From an uncultured Candidatus Saccharibacteria bacterium (lineage in GTDB: Bacteria > Patescibacteriota > Doudnabacteria > UBA920 > 2-01-FULL-46-14), in contig CAZMCQ010000003.1 in assembly GCA_964565195.1 (NCBI GenBank), forward strand, positions 24,080-88,079: DNA of 64,000 nt, in the 5' to 3' direction. Under the pieces are notes generated by a model. That model did no database searches. It was not told where the DNA came from and worked only from the letters and a program-made list of their open reading frames with translations. Position numbers and translations under genes: made by a program. Positions 40,549-50,870 of the stretch are shown piece after piece (position 1 is the stretch's first letter; every line of letters starts with the position of its first letter).

Positions 40549-41094
40549 GTGCCGAGACAGATAACCACAGGGGAAAAGCATTGGTATGTCTTGCATACTT
40601 ATTCCGGCTACGAGGATTCTGTCGTGAACAACCTCAAGCAGCGCATTGAATCCATGGGTATGGAGGACAAGATTTTTGACGTGACTGTGCCGAAGGAGAA
40701 AAAAATCAAGATTCGCGACGGCAAGCGCGTCACGGTCGAGGAGAAAATTTTTCCCGGCTATGTGCTCGTACAGATGATCGTGACCGACGACTCCTGGTAT
40801 GTGGTGCGCAATACCCCGAACGTGACCGGCTTCGTCGGCTCGGGCACGGTGCCCACGCCCATCTCGGATGAGGAGATCAAGACCATCCAGAAGCGGATGG
40901 GCATGGAAGAGCCGAAATACAAGATTGAGTTCAAGGTGACGGATCTCGTCCGCATCACGGACGGCCCGTTCAAGGATTATGAGGGCAAAGTGTCCGAGAT
41001 AGACGAGGCGAAAGGGAAGATTAAAGTGTTGGTATCCATTTTTGGAAGAGAGACGCCGGTGGAATTGGATTTTTTGCAAGCGAAAAAGTTGTAA
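40549..41094 (+). CDS. nusG: Transcription termination/antitermination factor NusG (GTG start)
   Basis: NGN domain WYVLHTYSGYE, KOW domain; AAGGAAG RBS. Confidence 0.85.
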   Translation: MPRQITTGEKHWYVLHTYSGYEDSVVNNLKQRIESMGMEDKIFDVTVPKEKKIKIRDGKRVTVEEKIFPGYVLVQMIVTDDSWYVVRNTPNVTGFVGSGTVPTPISDEEIKTIQKRMGMEEPKYKIEFKVTDLVRITDGPFKDYEGKVSEIDEAKGKIKVLVSIFGRETPVELDFLQAKKL

Positions 41095-41193
41095 TACAAT
41101 TAATTTCTTTAATATCGCGCAGGCCGAAAGGCCAAGCAAGTTTCAATAAATTTCGCGATATTTGTGGAGACTTGTGGAAATATATAGAAATTT

Positions 41194-41619
41194 ATGGCGA
41201 AGAAGGTAAAGACAACAATTAAGCTGCAGATTCCGGCGGGCAAGGCCAATCCGGCGCCGCCGATTGGCACGGCGCTTGGGCCGCACGGTATCAATATCAT
41301 GGATTTCTGCAAGGTCTTCAACGAGAGAACCCGCGACAAGGGCGATTCCGTGATTCCGGTCGTGATGACGATCTACGAGGACCGCAGTTTTCAATTTATC
41401 CTCAAAACTCCGCCAGTCTCGGACATGATCAAGAAAGCGCTCAAAGTGGAGAAGGGCGCGAGCAACCCCCTCAAGAATAAGATCGGAAAATTAAGCCGCG
41501 CCCAGCTGCGCCAGATCGCGGAAGCGAAAATGGCCGATCTCAATGCCAATAGTATCGCCGCCGCGGAAAAGATTGTTGCCGGAACGGCAAGAAGCATGGG
41601 AGTCGAGGTAGAAAATTAA
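41194..41619 (+). CDS. rplK: 50S ribosomal protein L11
   Basis: MAKKV...[26 protein letters not shown]. Confidence 0.9.
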   Translation: MAKKVKTTIKLQIPAGKANPAPPIGTALGPHGINIMDFCKVFNERTRDKGDSVIPVVMTIYEDRSFQFILKTPPVSDMIKKALKVEKGASNPLKNKIGKLSRAQLRQIAEAKMADLNANSIAAAEKIVAGTARSMGVEVEN

Positions 41620-41709
41620 AATGTAAATATCAAAAATCAAAATTGCAGATTAAAATTTTAAATTTTTCACTATCATTTTCAATTTTGATTTTTAATTTTT
41701 GATTTCGCA
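41620..41709. repeat. AT-rich palindromic intergenic element, family D copy 3 (rplK-rplA spacer)
   Basis: Diverged relative of the atp-operon copies (aatgtaaatatcaaaaatcaaaattgcag...attttgatttttaatttttgattt). Confidence 0.45.
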
Positions 41710-42384
41710 ATGTCAAAACGACACGAACAAGCATTAACACAAATCGACCAGGCAAAAAGCTATAGCATTGAAGAGGCAGTGGCTCTGGCCAAGCAAACCT
41801 CAAAAGTAAAATTTGATGCGACTGTGGAGGCGCATTTTCGCCTAAATGTTGATCCGAAAGCGTCTGATCAGAAAGTCAGAACACAAGTGTCGTTGCCGCA
41901 TGGCACAGGCAAGCAACTCCGGATCGCCGCGTTCGTAAGCGCGGCCAAAGAAAAAGAAGCCCAAAGCGCGGGAGCAGACATCGTGGGCGGCGATGAGCTT
42001 ATCAAAAAGATTAAAGAAACCGGCAAGGCGGATTTTGACGTGGCCGTGGCCGAGAGCGCGATGATGAAGTCTTTGGCCGGCGTAGCGAAGATTCTAGGTC
42101 AAAAGGGGCTCATGCCCAATCCAAAAACCGGCACAGTCGGCGAAGACGTGGTCAGGATGATTTCGGAGCTCAAAGGCGGCAAGGTGGATGTGCGCATGGA
42201 TGATTCGGGCAATATCCATCAGGCCGTTGGCAAAGTGTCGTTTGACGACTCTAAACTTGTAGAAAATTTCAGTACATTAAAGGATGCGATCCAGCGCGCC
42301 AAACCGGCTGGCGTGAAGAAAGAGTTTATTGCTTCAATCACCCTCGCGACCTCGATGGGGCCGGGGATAAGGGTGCAAAAATAG
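41710..42384 (+). CDS. rplA: 50S ribosomal protein L1
   Basis: Full-length L1 homolog, FDATVEAHFRLNVDPK. Confidence 0.9.
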   Translation: MSKRHEQALTQIDQAKSYSIEEAVALAKQTSKVKFDATVEAHFRLNVDPKASDQKVRTQVSLPHGTGKQLRIAAFVSAAKEKEAQSAGADIVGGDELIKKIKETGKADFDVAVAESAMMKSLAGVAKILGQKGLMPNPKTGTVGEDVVRMISELKGGKVDVRMDDSGNIHQAVGKVSFDDSKLVENFSTLKDAIQRAKPAGVKKEFIASITLATSMGPGIRVQK

Positions 42385-42476
42385 GAAGTTAGCTTATAGC
42401 TTATAGGGAATAGCTCTCTGCAAAGTGAGCTATTTTTGCTATACTTCTATTAGCTAATACCTATAAGCTATTTCCC
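42385..42476. repeat. TATAAGCT-motif structured element, family C copy 2 (after rplA)
   Basis: agcttatagcttataggg ... cctataagct outer arms with inner aatagctc/gagctatt hairpin. Confidence 0.45.
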
Positions 42477-43061
42477 ATGATTTTGTCCGACAAAGACATC
42501 AAAACAAAACTGGACGAGGGGGCGATCAAAATTGACCCGATGCCCGATTTGGCCGTTGCCCTCGGGTCGATTTCTGTAGACCTTCGCCTGGGCAATCAGT
42601 TCCTGGTTTATATCCGTACCGAGCAACCGTATATTGATGTCAACAATTCCGAGACTTTTGAAAATTTAACTAACCTTATTTCCAAACGAGACGATGAACA
42701 CTTTACAATTCACCCTGGCGAGTTTGTACTCGCCACGACTTTGGAAACTGTGGAAATCCCCAATGATCTGGCGGGGCGCCTCGAGGGGCGCTCTTCACTT
42801 GGGCGGCTGGGGATTGTGATTCATTCCACAGCTGGAAAATTTGACCCGGGCTGGAAAGGCCGGCTGGTGCTTGAGATTAGCAACATCGGCCAAGTGCCAG
42901 TCAAACTCTATCCCGGGATGCGCGTCTGCCAGCTTTTGTTCGAGCAGCTTTCTTCGCCGACGGAACAGCCGTACACTGAACGCAAAAGTTCCAAATACAA
43001 ATTCCAGTCTTCACCTTTGAGCAGCAAAATCACCGCCGAAGCCAATGAAAGTAAAGATTAA
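42477..43061 (+). CDS. dcd: dCTP deaminase
   Basis: MILSDKDIK N-terminus, dUTPase-fold trimer motifs. Confidence 0.8.
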   Translation: MILSDKDIKTKLDEGAIKIDPMPDLAVALGSISVDLRLGNQFLVYIRTEQPYIDVNNSETFENLTNLISKRDDEHFTIHPGEFVLATTLETVEIPNDLAGRLEGRSSLGRLGIVIHSTAGKFDPGWKGRLVLEISNIGQVPVKLYPGMRVCQLLFEQLSSPTEQPYTERKSSKYKFQSSPLSSKITAEANESKD

Positions 43062-43470
43062 GCGCATTGACGAGTCTCTGCCTCTGCCGGAACACCAAAC
43101 GGGTGGATCAGTCGCCTTTGATTTTTATTCGCGTATAGACGCGAGCATAAAGCCGCACCAATTCCGGATATTGCCTTCTAATCTCATTATTGCTGTGCCA
43201 GAGGGCTATTTTTTACTGATTGCAGCTCGTTCCAGCACTCATAAAAGGGGATTGCTGCCTGCCAATGGGATAGGCGTGATTGACCAGGATTATCATGGCG
43301 AAAAAGATGAAATAGGGATTTTGGTGTACAACGTTACGGACAAGCGGGTTGACATTAAAAGAGGAGAGCGCATTGCGCAGGGATTGATTATTCCGGTGGA
43401 ACGGGCGGAATGGGTGGAAGGGGAGAAGTTAAGAGAGGATTCAAGAGGGGGATTTGGGTCTACGGGGTAA
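43045..43470 (+). CDS. dut: dUTP diphosphatase
   Basis: dUTPase motifs GSVAFDFYS, RSSTHKRG, IDQDYHGE. Confidence 0.8.
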   Translation: MKVKIKRIDESLPLPEHQTGGSVAFDFYSRIDASIKPHQFRILPSNLIIAVPEGYFLLIAARSSTHKRGLLPANGIGVIDQDYHGEKDEIGILVYNVTDKRVDIKRGERIAQGLIIPVERAEWVEGEKLREDSRGGFGSTG

Positions 43471-43508
43471 ATAAGTAATTTACCTCACGAAAGGGAGAGG
43501 TTACAGAT

Positions 43509-44087
43509 ATGACAAAAGGCAAATTCATCGTTCTTTATGGAATAAATAATCTTGGCAAGTCTACGCAGGCGAGATTATTAGTTGAGAAATTGCTGGCCCA
43601 AGGCAGAAAAGCGAAGTATATAAAATACCCGATCTATGACCTCGAACCATCCGGACCGCTTCTGAATAATTATTTGCGCGAAGGGAATACATATAAACTC
43701 ACGCCAAAGGAAGCGCAGATAATTTACGCGTTCAACCGCGCGCAATACGAACCGGAATTAAAAAATCAACTGGAGCGGGGGATAGACATTTTGGCGGAAG
43801 ATTATTGGGGTACTGGCGTGGCCTGGGGCATGGGCGCGGGCGAGGATAAAAAATTTCTGCTGGAGCTGAATTCAGGATTTTTGCGCGAAGATCTGGCGTT
43901 TTTGTTTGTTGGCGAAAGATTTGCAACAGGGCTTGAGAAGGATCATAAGCACGAAACGGATGAGGAATTGATAAAGCGAGTTGACGAGGCGCACCGCGAT
44001 CTTGCCAAAAAATTTGGATGGAAAATTGTAAATGCCAATGAGAGTGTTGAAAAGGTAAATGAGGCAATATTTAGACTTATTGGATAA
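43509..44087 (+). CDS. tmk: Thymidylate kinase-like P-loop nucleotide kinase
   Basis: P-loop [11 protein letters not shown] typical of dTMP kinase; context dcd-dut-tmk-thyA. Confidence 0.6.
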   Translation: MTKGKFIVLYGINNLGKSTQARLLVEKLLAQGRKAKYIKYPIYDLEPSGPLLNNYLREGNTYKLTPKEAQIIYAFNRAQYEPELKNQLERGIDILAEDYWGTGVAWGMGAGEDKKFLLELNSGFLREDLAFLFVGERFATGLEKDHKHETDEELIKRVDEAHRDLAKKFGWKIVNANESVEKVNEAIFRLIG

Positions 44088-44871
44088 AGTGATGAGAGAG
44101 GGGCTGGAACGGCCGGACCGCACGGGCACTGGCACACGCGGGATTTTTGGTTATCAGATGAGGTTTGAGCTATCCCGCGGTTTTCCAGTGCTCACGACCA
44201 AGAAAATTCATTTGAAGTCCATTATCTATGAGCTTTTGTGGTTTTTGAAAGGCGACACAAACATTAAATGGTTAAACGAGCATGGCGTGACCATCTGGGA
44301 TGAATGGGCCGATGAGAACGACGATTTGGGGCCGATCTATGGCAAGCAGTGGACTGCGTGGGAGGGGAAAGACGGAGTGAAAATAAATCAAATCGCACAG
44401 GCCGTTGAAATGATAAAAAATAATCCTTATTCAAGACGTAACATCGTGAGCGGTTGGAATGTGGCAGACTTACAAAACTTAGTTAAGGGTAAAAAGACTG
44501 CGCCACCACCGTGCCATACGATGTTTCAGTTTTACGTCGCGGACGGGAAATTGTCGTGTCAATTATACCAACGCAGCGCCGATATTTTCCTGGGCGTGCC
44601 GTTTAACATCGCTTCTTATGCGCTTTTAACGATGATGATGGCACAGGTTTGCGACCTTGCGCCCGGCGAGTTTGTGCATACCCTGGGCGATACGCATATT
44701 TACAAAAATCATTTTGATCAGGTGAAACTGCAGCTGACGCGGCAGCCGCGGCCGTTGCCGACTATGAAAATCAACCCGGCAGTGAAAGACATTTTCGGAT
44801 TTAAATTTGAAGACTTTGAACTCGTCGGCTATGACCCGCATCCGGGCATCAAAGCCCCGATAGCGATATAA
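44059..44871 (+). CDS. thyA: Thymidylate synthase (ThyA type)
   Basis: MRQYLDLL N-terminus, catalytic PPCH motif ([13 protein letters not shown]), DRTGTGT. Confidence 0.85.
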   Translation: MRQYLDLLDKVMREGLERPDRTGTGTRGIFGYQMRFELSRGFPVLTTKKIHLKSIIYELLWFLKGDTNIKWLNEHGVTIWDEWADENDDLGPIYGKQWTAWEGKDGVKINQIAQAVEMIKNNPYSRRNIVSGWNVADLQNLVKGKKTAPPPCHTMFQFYVADGKLSCQLYQRSADIFLGVPFNIASYALLTMMMAQVCDLAPGEFVHTLGDTHIYKNHFDQVKLQLTRQPRPLPTMKINPAVKDIFGFKFEDFELVGYDPHPGIKAPIAI

Positions 44872-44913
44872 AAATATAGCTGTCATTCCGGCCCTGAGCC
44901 GGAATCCAGATAG

Positions 44914-45201
44914 ATGAAAGAATATTATGTTTACATTTTAGCCAGCAGAAGAAATGGGACGTTGTATATCGGGGTAACGTCAGATTTAATAAAGAGAGTT
45001 TATGAACATAAGAATGATGTTGTTGAGGGGTTCACCAAGAAATACGGGGTTCATAAGCTTGTGCATTATGAACAGACCGAGAGCATCGAAGGCGCGATTG
45101 CAAGAGAAAAACAATTGAAGAACTGGCACAGAAAATGGAAACTGGAACTGATAGAGAACTCAAACCCCACATGGAAGGATTTATACGAAGAATTAATTTG
45201 A
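44914..45201 (+). CDS. GIY-YIG nuclease family protein (UPF0213/YhbQ-like, 95 aa)
   Basis: YYVYILASRRNGTLYIGVTSDLIKRVYEH GIY-YIG core; flanked by short hairpins containing GTCATTC / GAATGAC. Confidence 0.75.
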   Translation: MKEYYVYILASRRNGTLYIGVTSDLIKRVYEHKNDVVEGFTKKYGVHKLVHYEQTESIEGAIAREKQLKNWHRKWKLELIENSNPTWKDLYEELI

Positions 45202-45255
45202 CTGGATTCTGACTTTCGTCAGAATGACAAATGGGAGAGGGAGAGCACGACATTT

Positions 45256-45729
45256 ATGATTATTCTCGTAGCTGCAGTAGCAAAAAACAACGTAATCGGC
45301 AAAGAAAATGACCTGCCGTGGTACTTGCCCGAGGATTTGAAGCGTTTTAAGCGGTTGACTACTGGTAAGACGGTTTTGATGGGACGAAAAACTTATGATT
45401 CAATCATCAGGCGGCTCGGTAAACCGTTGCCGAACCGTAAGAACGTGGTTGTGACTCGGGATGCCAATTTTAAAGCACCTGAAGGTGTAGAAATTTATCA
45501 TTCACTCGATGCAGCACTGGCTAAATACGGCAATGAACACTTATTTGTCATCGGTGGCGGGGAAATTTATCGGCAAACCATTGACCGCGCAGACAAACTA
45601 GAAATAACGCATGTAGACCAGCAGATCGATGGTGATGCTTTCTTCCCTGAAATTGACGAAAAGAAATGGAAGAAAACCGAAGAGGAACCGCACGAAGGGT
45701 ATACTTTTGTCACATACGAGAGAAATTGA
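45256..45729 (+). CDS. folA: Dihydrofolate reductase
   Basis: IIGKENDLPWYLPEDLKRFKRLTTGKTVLMGRKTYDS DHFR signature. Confidence 0.8.
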   Translation: MIILVAAVAKNNVIGKENDLPWYLPEDLKRFKRLTTGKTVLMGRKTYDSIIRRLGKPLPNRKNVVVTRDANFKAPEGVEIYHSLDAALAKYGNEHLFVIGGGEIYRQTIDRADKLEITHVDQQIDGDAFFPEIDEKKWKKTEEEPHEGYTFVTYERN

Positions 45730-45741
45730 TATAGTAAAACA

Positions 45742-46771
45742 ATGGAAAACTTGGACAGGCTGATTAATGAGTTAAAAGAGGCCTTGGGGAAACTCAAGGG
45801 CCGGCTTTGACCTGCCGCAAAAGAAACAGAAAATTTTGGAACTGGAGGAGCAGATGGCGCAGCCAGACTTTTGGAAGGATTATAGGTTCGCCCAGGCGAC
45901 TGCGAAAAAGTTAAGTGCGTTGAAGGAGCAGGTGGAGTTTTGGGAGAAACTGGAGAAGGATATTGAGCAAGGGGAAAATTTCAAAAATTTGCAGCAGCGA
46001 TTTGAAAAGGCGCGGATCAGCACTTTTTTAAACCAGAAATACGACGATCACTCGGCCATAGTTTCCATCCATGCCGGAGCGGGAGGCCTCGATGCCCAGG
46101 ACTGGGCGGCGATGCTCGAGCGGATGTATTTGCGGTATTGTGAGAAAAAGGGCTTTAAAACGCAGATTTTGGAGCATAACCGAGATCCAGAAGGCGGGAT
46201 AAAGAGCGTCACGTTCGAGGTGCTCGGCCAGTATGCCTACGGGTATCTGCGCAGCGAGGCCGGGGTGCACCGGCTCATTCGCCTCTCGCCCTTCAATCCG
46301 GCCCACACGCGGGAGACGTCCTTCGGGCTGGTTGAGGTCTTGCCAGTTCTTGAGACGCAGGAAGAGCTCACGCTTGACCCGAAAGATTTGAAAGTAGAAA
46401 CCAAGACTGCTTCCGGACATGGTGGGCAGTCAGTGAATACCACCTATTCGGCAGTGAGAATTACGCATATCCCGACTGGCACCACAGTTTCAATTCAGAA
46501 TGAGCGCTCGCAGACCCAGAACAAAGAGCAGGCCATGCGCATCCTCAAAGCCAAGCTGCAGAAATTGGAAGACGAGCGGCAGCTGAAAGAAAAACAGGCG
46601 ATCCGCGGGGAGTTCAGGAGCGCCGAGTGGGGGAATCAGATCAGAAGTTATACGATTCATCCGTATAAATTGGTTAAGGACCATCGGACAGGATTGGAAT
46701 CAAGTGATCCGGATGCAATTTTGGAAGGAACTTTAGATGAATTTGTGGAAAAGTACTTGGAAACGCAATGA
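45742..46771 (+). CDS. prfB: Peptide chain release factor 2 with programmed +1 ribosomal frameshift at CTT TGA C (45805-45811)
   Basis: Frame 0 MENLDRLINELKEALGKLKGRL-stop; +1 frame continues DLPQKKQKILELEEQMAQPDFW...; SPF tripeptide and GGQ motif present downstream. Confidence 0.8.
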
Positions 46772-47448
46772 TTCGATTTGAACACGTAACAAAAATTTAT
46801 CCCAAAGATGTCGTGGCCGTGCACGATATTGATTTTGGCGTGCAGCCAGGGGAATTTATTTCCATTGTGGGCCGGTCCGGCGCAGGCAAATCCACGCTTC
46901 TAAAACTCATCATCCGCGAGGAGACGCCGACGCATGGCACGATTTTTATTGAGGATCACGATATTGCGGATATCCCCCCCGGCGATTTATCGTATTTGCG
47001 GCGGAAAATCGGCGTGGTTTTTCAGGATATGAAACTCCTGCCTTCCCGGACCGCCTTTGAGAATGTCGCCTTTGCCATGGAAGTCGGCGGCGTGCCGCGC
47101 ACCGAGATTGAAGCAGAGGTGCCCAAGTTCCTCGAACTGGTGGGTCTCCAGCAAAAGCGCGACGCCTTCCCCAACCAGCTTTCCGGCGGCGAGAAGCAGC
47201 GCGTGGGATTGGCGCGGGCGCTGGCGCACCGCCCGCTGTTACTCCTTGCCGATGAGCCAACCGGCAACCTCGACAACATCAATGCCCTGGAAATCCTGGA
47301 ACTTCTGAAAAAGATCAACGAGTTTGGCACAACCGTGCTCTTGGCGACTCACGCCAAGGAACTCGTGGACAAGATAAAAAAGCGCGTGGTGGTGCTGGAA
47401 CATGGCGAGATTGTTTCCGATGTGGCGCAGGGGAAGTATAAGCTATAA
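46768..47448 (+). CDS. ftsE: Cell division ATP-binding protein FtsE
   Basis: ABC ATPase Walker [10 protein letters not shown], signature LSGGEKQRV. Confidence 0.85.
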   Translation: MIRFEHVTKIYPKDVVAVHDIDFGVQPGEFISIVGRSGAGKSTLLKLIIREETPTHGTIFIEDHDIADIPPGDLSYLRRKIGVVFQDMKLLPSRTAFENVAFAMEVGGVPRTEIEAEVPKFLELVGLQQKRDAFPNQLSGGEKQRVGLARALAHRPLLLLADEPTGNLDNINALEILELLKKINEFGTTVLLATHAKELVDKIKKRVVVLEHGEIVSDVAQGKYKL

Positions 47449-47462
47449 CAATAAGGTAACGG

Positions 47463-48377
47463 ATGAATTTAATTGCGTTTAATCGAATACTTTCCAATGG
47501 CGTCCTGAATTACTGGCGCAATTTCTGGCTGTCGGTCGCGGCGACAACCATTATGATCGTTACGTTGTTTATCATCTCCACTTTGCTCGTCCTGAACGCC
47601 TTGACTGGAATTTCGCTTGCCTCCCTGCAGCAAAAAGTGGACATCAGCGTCTATTTCAAAAACACGACGACCGAGGAGACGATTCTGCAAATTCAGCAGC
47701 AGGCTGAGTTTTTGCCGGAGATTAAATCCATTCAGTATATTCCGCCGGTCGAGGCGCGCGAGAAATTCAAAGAACTGCACAAAGACGAGCCCCTGCTTCT
47801 GGAGTCAGTGGAGCAATTTTCGGATGAGGAAAACCCGTTTCCGGCCTCGTTTGCCATTCGCGTGCGCTCGCTGGCTGACTACCCGACGATCATCAGTCTG
47901 TTCCAGGACCAGAAATTTGAGCCGTTCGTGCAGAAAATCACGGATAAGCGCGATGTCGTGGACCGGCTGCTGCGCGTGACGCGCGGCGTCAAAAATTTCG
48001 GTCTGGTCCTAAGCGGTATTTTTATGTTGATTACCGTTATCGTGATGTTCAATACCATTCGCCTTACGATTTACAACCGGCGAGAAGAAATAGAGATTAT
48101 GCGGCTCGTCGGCGCTTCGAACTGGTTCATTCGCGGCCCATTCGTGGTGGAAGGAATTTTTTATGGTATCGCCGGCGCGTTAATCACCACGGCCATTCTT
48201 TATCCGATTATGTGGATCCTGACGCCGAAGATTTCTGCGTTTCTGGAGCTGGACCTCAAACAGTTTAACTATTTTGGTTTGAATCTCTACGCGCTTTTTG
48301 CGACGCAGCTCTTGACCGGCGTGCTGCTCGGCATCATTTCCTCGCTCATCGTCATCCGCCGGTACCTCAAAATATGA
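47463..48377 (+). CDS. ftsX: Cell division permease-like protein FtsX
   Basis: 4-TM FtsX topology with periplasmic loop, downstream of ftsE. Confidence 0.75.
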   Translation: MNLIAFNRILSNGVLNYWRNFWLSVAATTIMIVTLFIISTLLVLNALTGISLASLQQKVDISVYFKNTTTEETILQIQQQAEFLPEIKSIQYIPPVEAREKFKELHKDEPLLLESVEQFSDEENPFPASFAIRVRSLADYPTIISLFQDQKFEPFVQKITDKRDVVDRLLRVTRGVKNFGLVLSGIFMLITVIVMFNTIRLTIYNRREEIEIMRLVGASNWFIRGPFVVEGIFYGIAGALITTAILYPIMWILTPKISAFLELDLKQFNYFGLNLYALFATQLLTGVLLGIISSLIVIRRYLKI

Positions 48378-48856
48378 AAGTGATACTGAAACAAGACATC
48401 AAGGGCCTGGGCCGCGCCCGGGAGATAATCGAGGTGGCCGACGGCTATGGCCGGAACTTTCTCATGGCGCGCGGGCTGGCGCGCCTCGCCGATAACGTCG
48501 CGGTCCGGGAATTGCAGAAGGAGCAGGAACTTGCAGGCAAAAAAGCCGCGCAGGCCGCAGCGGCGCGGCAAAGATTGGCCAAAACACTTCAAGGCCAAAG
48601 CTTTGTTTTCGAGCTTCCGGCCGGGGAGAAGGGGGAGCTTTACGCGGCCTTGAAAGAAAAAGAAATTTTGCTTAAGATAAGCCAGGGCACGGTCGCCCCG
48701 CCGGCAAGCGCTAGGATTCTGGAGTTCACGCCCATCAAAGCCGTGGGCGATTATGAGTTGCGGCTGGTCCTGGGAGATGCGAGTACCGCGGATATTAAAG
48801 TTATTATTAAAGCCAAAAATGGCAAAAAAGCAAAAAATCAAAGCCAAAGCAACTAA
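48374..48856 (+). CDS. rplI: 50S ribosomal protein L9
   Basis: [36 protein letters not shown]. Confidence 0.75.
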   Translation: MKVILKQDIKGLGRAREIIEVADGYGRNFLMARGLARLADNVAVRELQKEQELAGKKAAQAAAARQRLAKTLQGQSFVFELPAGEKGELYAALKEKEILLKISQGTVAPPASARILEFTPIKAVGDYELRLVLGDASTADIKVIIKAKNGKKAKNQSQSN

Positions 48857-50483
48857 ATATATTTTTGTGATCGGCGGCGTTATGTCGTCCGTCGGCAAAG
48901 GCGTCACCACTGCCTCCCTCGGCAGAATTTTGTTATCCAAGGGGTACCGCGTCGCGATGGTGAAGTGCGAAATGTACGTGAACGTGGATGCCGGCACGAT
49001 TCGTCCGACGGAACATGGCGAGGTCTTTGTGGGGTCAGACGGCATCGAGGCGGACCAGGACCTCGGCAACTACGAGCGCTTTACCGGCAACGATTCGCGC
49101 TCGGAAAATTACATCACCCAGGGCCAGGTTTATCTCGAGGTCATCCGGCGCGAACGCAATCTGGAATACGGCGGCGAGGACGTCGAGGTGATTCCGGATA
49201 TCCCGAATGAAATTATCCGGCGCATCAAGTTTGTGGAAAAACGACAGCAGCCGGATTTTATTATCGTGGAAATCGGCGGCACGGTCGGGGAGTATCAGAA
49301 CCTTTTGTTTTTGGAAGCCGCCCGAATGATGCATTTGAAAAATCCGGATCTGGTCCGGTTCGTCCTGGTAAGCTATCTGCCCATCCCGAAGAGCGTTGGC
49401 GAGATGAAAACCAAACCCACGCAGTACGCGGTACGGACGCTGTACAACGCCGGCATCGCGCCGGATTTTATCGTTTGCCGTTCCGAGCGGCCGCTGGACA
49501 GAAAACGCAAGGAAAAGCTGTCTGTGCTATGCAACGTGAAGCCCGAGGACCTTATTTCCGCGCCTGATTCGAGGATTATTTATGAAGTGCCGCTGATTTT
49601 GGAGAAAGACTCCCTGGGCGACAAGCTTCTGCAAAAATTCGGCTTGCCGAAACGAAAGCAGGATTTGCAGGAGTGGCGGAAAATGGTAAAAAAGATGACC
49701 CGCGCCCAAATTCCGCTGGACATTGCCGTGGTTGGCAAATATTTCGCGACCGGCGATTACACGCTGGTTGATTCATATATTTCGGTCGTGGAATCATTGC
49801 GCCATGCGGCATGGATGAACGGCCGCGCGCCCACTTTGCACTGGATAAATTCCGAGGACTTTGAAAAAAATCCTCGTTCCGTCTCAATCCTGAAAAAAAT
49901 GAACGGGGTGCTCGTGCCCGGCGGGTTTGGCGGGCGCGGGACAGAGGGCATCATCACGGCCATCAAATTTGCGCGGGAAAACAAAATTCCTTACCTCGGC
50001 CTGTGTTACGGGCTGCAGCTGGCGGTGATTGAGTTTGCGCGCCATGTCTGCAAAATGAAGGGGGCCAATACGACGGAAGTGGACCGCACCACGCGCTTCC
50101 CGGTAATTGACGTTATGGCCGAGCAGAAAAAAAACCTGGCGGACAAAAATTTCGGCGCCACGATGCGGCTCGGCAATTATCCCTGTAAGCTCGTAAAAGG
50201 AACGCTCGCCCAGGCGGCTTATAAAGTCCCGATCGCTGTGGAGCGGCACCGCCATCGCTATGAGGTCAATAATAAGTTCCGGCGCGCGCTCGAGAAGGGC
50301 GGCATGGTTTTTTCCGGCATTTACCCGAAGAAGGATCTCGTGGAAATCGCCGAGCTTGATAAAAAACTGCATCCCTGGTTTTTAGGGACGCAGTTTCACC
50401 CGGAGTTTACGGGACGGCCGTGGCGGCCGCACCCGCTCTTCGATGCCTTTATCAAGGCGGCGGTCAGACGACGTTCACGATAG
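48819..50483 (+). CDS. pyrG: CTP synthase
   Basis: [18 protein letters not shown]-terminus, GATase domain GLCYGLQ ... HPEF; ORF track frame opens at 48753. Confidence 0.85.
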   Translation: MAKKQKIKAKATKYIFVIGGVMSSVGKGVTTASLGRILLSKGYRVAMVKCEMYVNVDAGTIRPTEHGEVFVGSDGIEADQDLGNYERFTGNDSRSENYITQGQVYLEVIRRERNLEYGGEDVEVIPDIPNEIIRRIKFVEKRQQPDFIIVEIGGTVGEYQNLLFLEAARMMHLKNPDLVRFVLVSYLPIPKSVGEMKTKPTQYAVRTLYNAGIAPDFIVCRSERPLDRKRKEKLSVLCNVKPEDLISAPDSRIIYEVPLILEKDSLGDKLLQKFGLPKRKQDLQEWRKMVKKMTRAQIPLDIAVVGKYFATGDYTLVDSYISVVESLRHAAWMNGRAPTLHWINSEDFEKNPRSVSILKKMNGVLVPGGFGGRGTEGIITAIKFARENKIPYLGLCYGLQLAVIEFARHVCKMKGANTTEVDRTTRFPVIDVMAEQKKNLADKNFGATMRLGNYPCKLVKGTLAQAAYKVPIAVERHRHRYEVNNKFRRALEKGGMVFSGIYPKKDLVEIAELDKKLHPWFLGTQFHPEFTGRPWRPHPLFDAFIKAAVRRRSR

Positions 50484-50736
50484 TTTTGAGTTTGAGTTGC
50501 CCGGTGAAGTTTCGGATTCTTTTCTTTTGAAAATTCACGGTCCCGGTTCTGAGCGCGTAAATGGTGTCGTCCTTGCCAAGCCGGACGTTTTTGCCCGGAA
50601 CGTATTTGGTGCCGCGCTGCCGAATCACAACATTGCCAACGGCCACTTTCTGGCCGCCAAAAATTTTGACGCCCAGCCGTTTTGAGATCGAATCCCGCCC
50701 TAAACTGGTACTTCCGCCGGCCTTTTTATGTGCCAT
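50464..50736 (-). CDS. rpmA: 50S ribosomal protein L27
   Basis: [16 protein letters not shown]...VIRQRGTK signature; ORF track frame extends to 50772. Confidence 0.85.
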   Translation of the reverse strand: MAHKKAGGSTSLGRDSISKRLGVKIFGGQKVAVGNVVIRQRGTKYVPGKNVRLGKDDTIYALRTGTVNFQKKRIRNFTGQLKLKTIVNVV

Positions 50737-50870
50737 TTCGTCGCATCTGGTGAAACCTTCGCGTCCCCTCAACTAGTTCGGGGCCGCTACGGTTCACTGG
50801 CTGCTCCTCTTTCCCAAAATACGTGCTCGCTTCGCTGCGCTCCGCATTTTGGGAACCCTTAAAAATTAAC

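Noticed and set aside
44881-45227. GIY-YIG gene as a mobile homing endonuclease
   Set aside because: The 95-aa protein matches the widespread YhbQ/UPF0213 stand-alone GIY-YIG family, which lacks a DNA-binding domain and is not established as mobile; kept only as context for the flanking hairpins.
48287-49069. 260-aa minus-strand ORF
   Set aside because: Antisense to rplI and the pyrG N-terminus, both strongly supported.
50737-50870. Expected rplU (L21) upstream of rpmA
   Set aside because: Region is only 134 nt and non-coding (contains an 8-bp-stem hairpin); the upstream gene is a methyltransferase. L21 is probably encoded elsewhere; absence cannot be claimed from one window.
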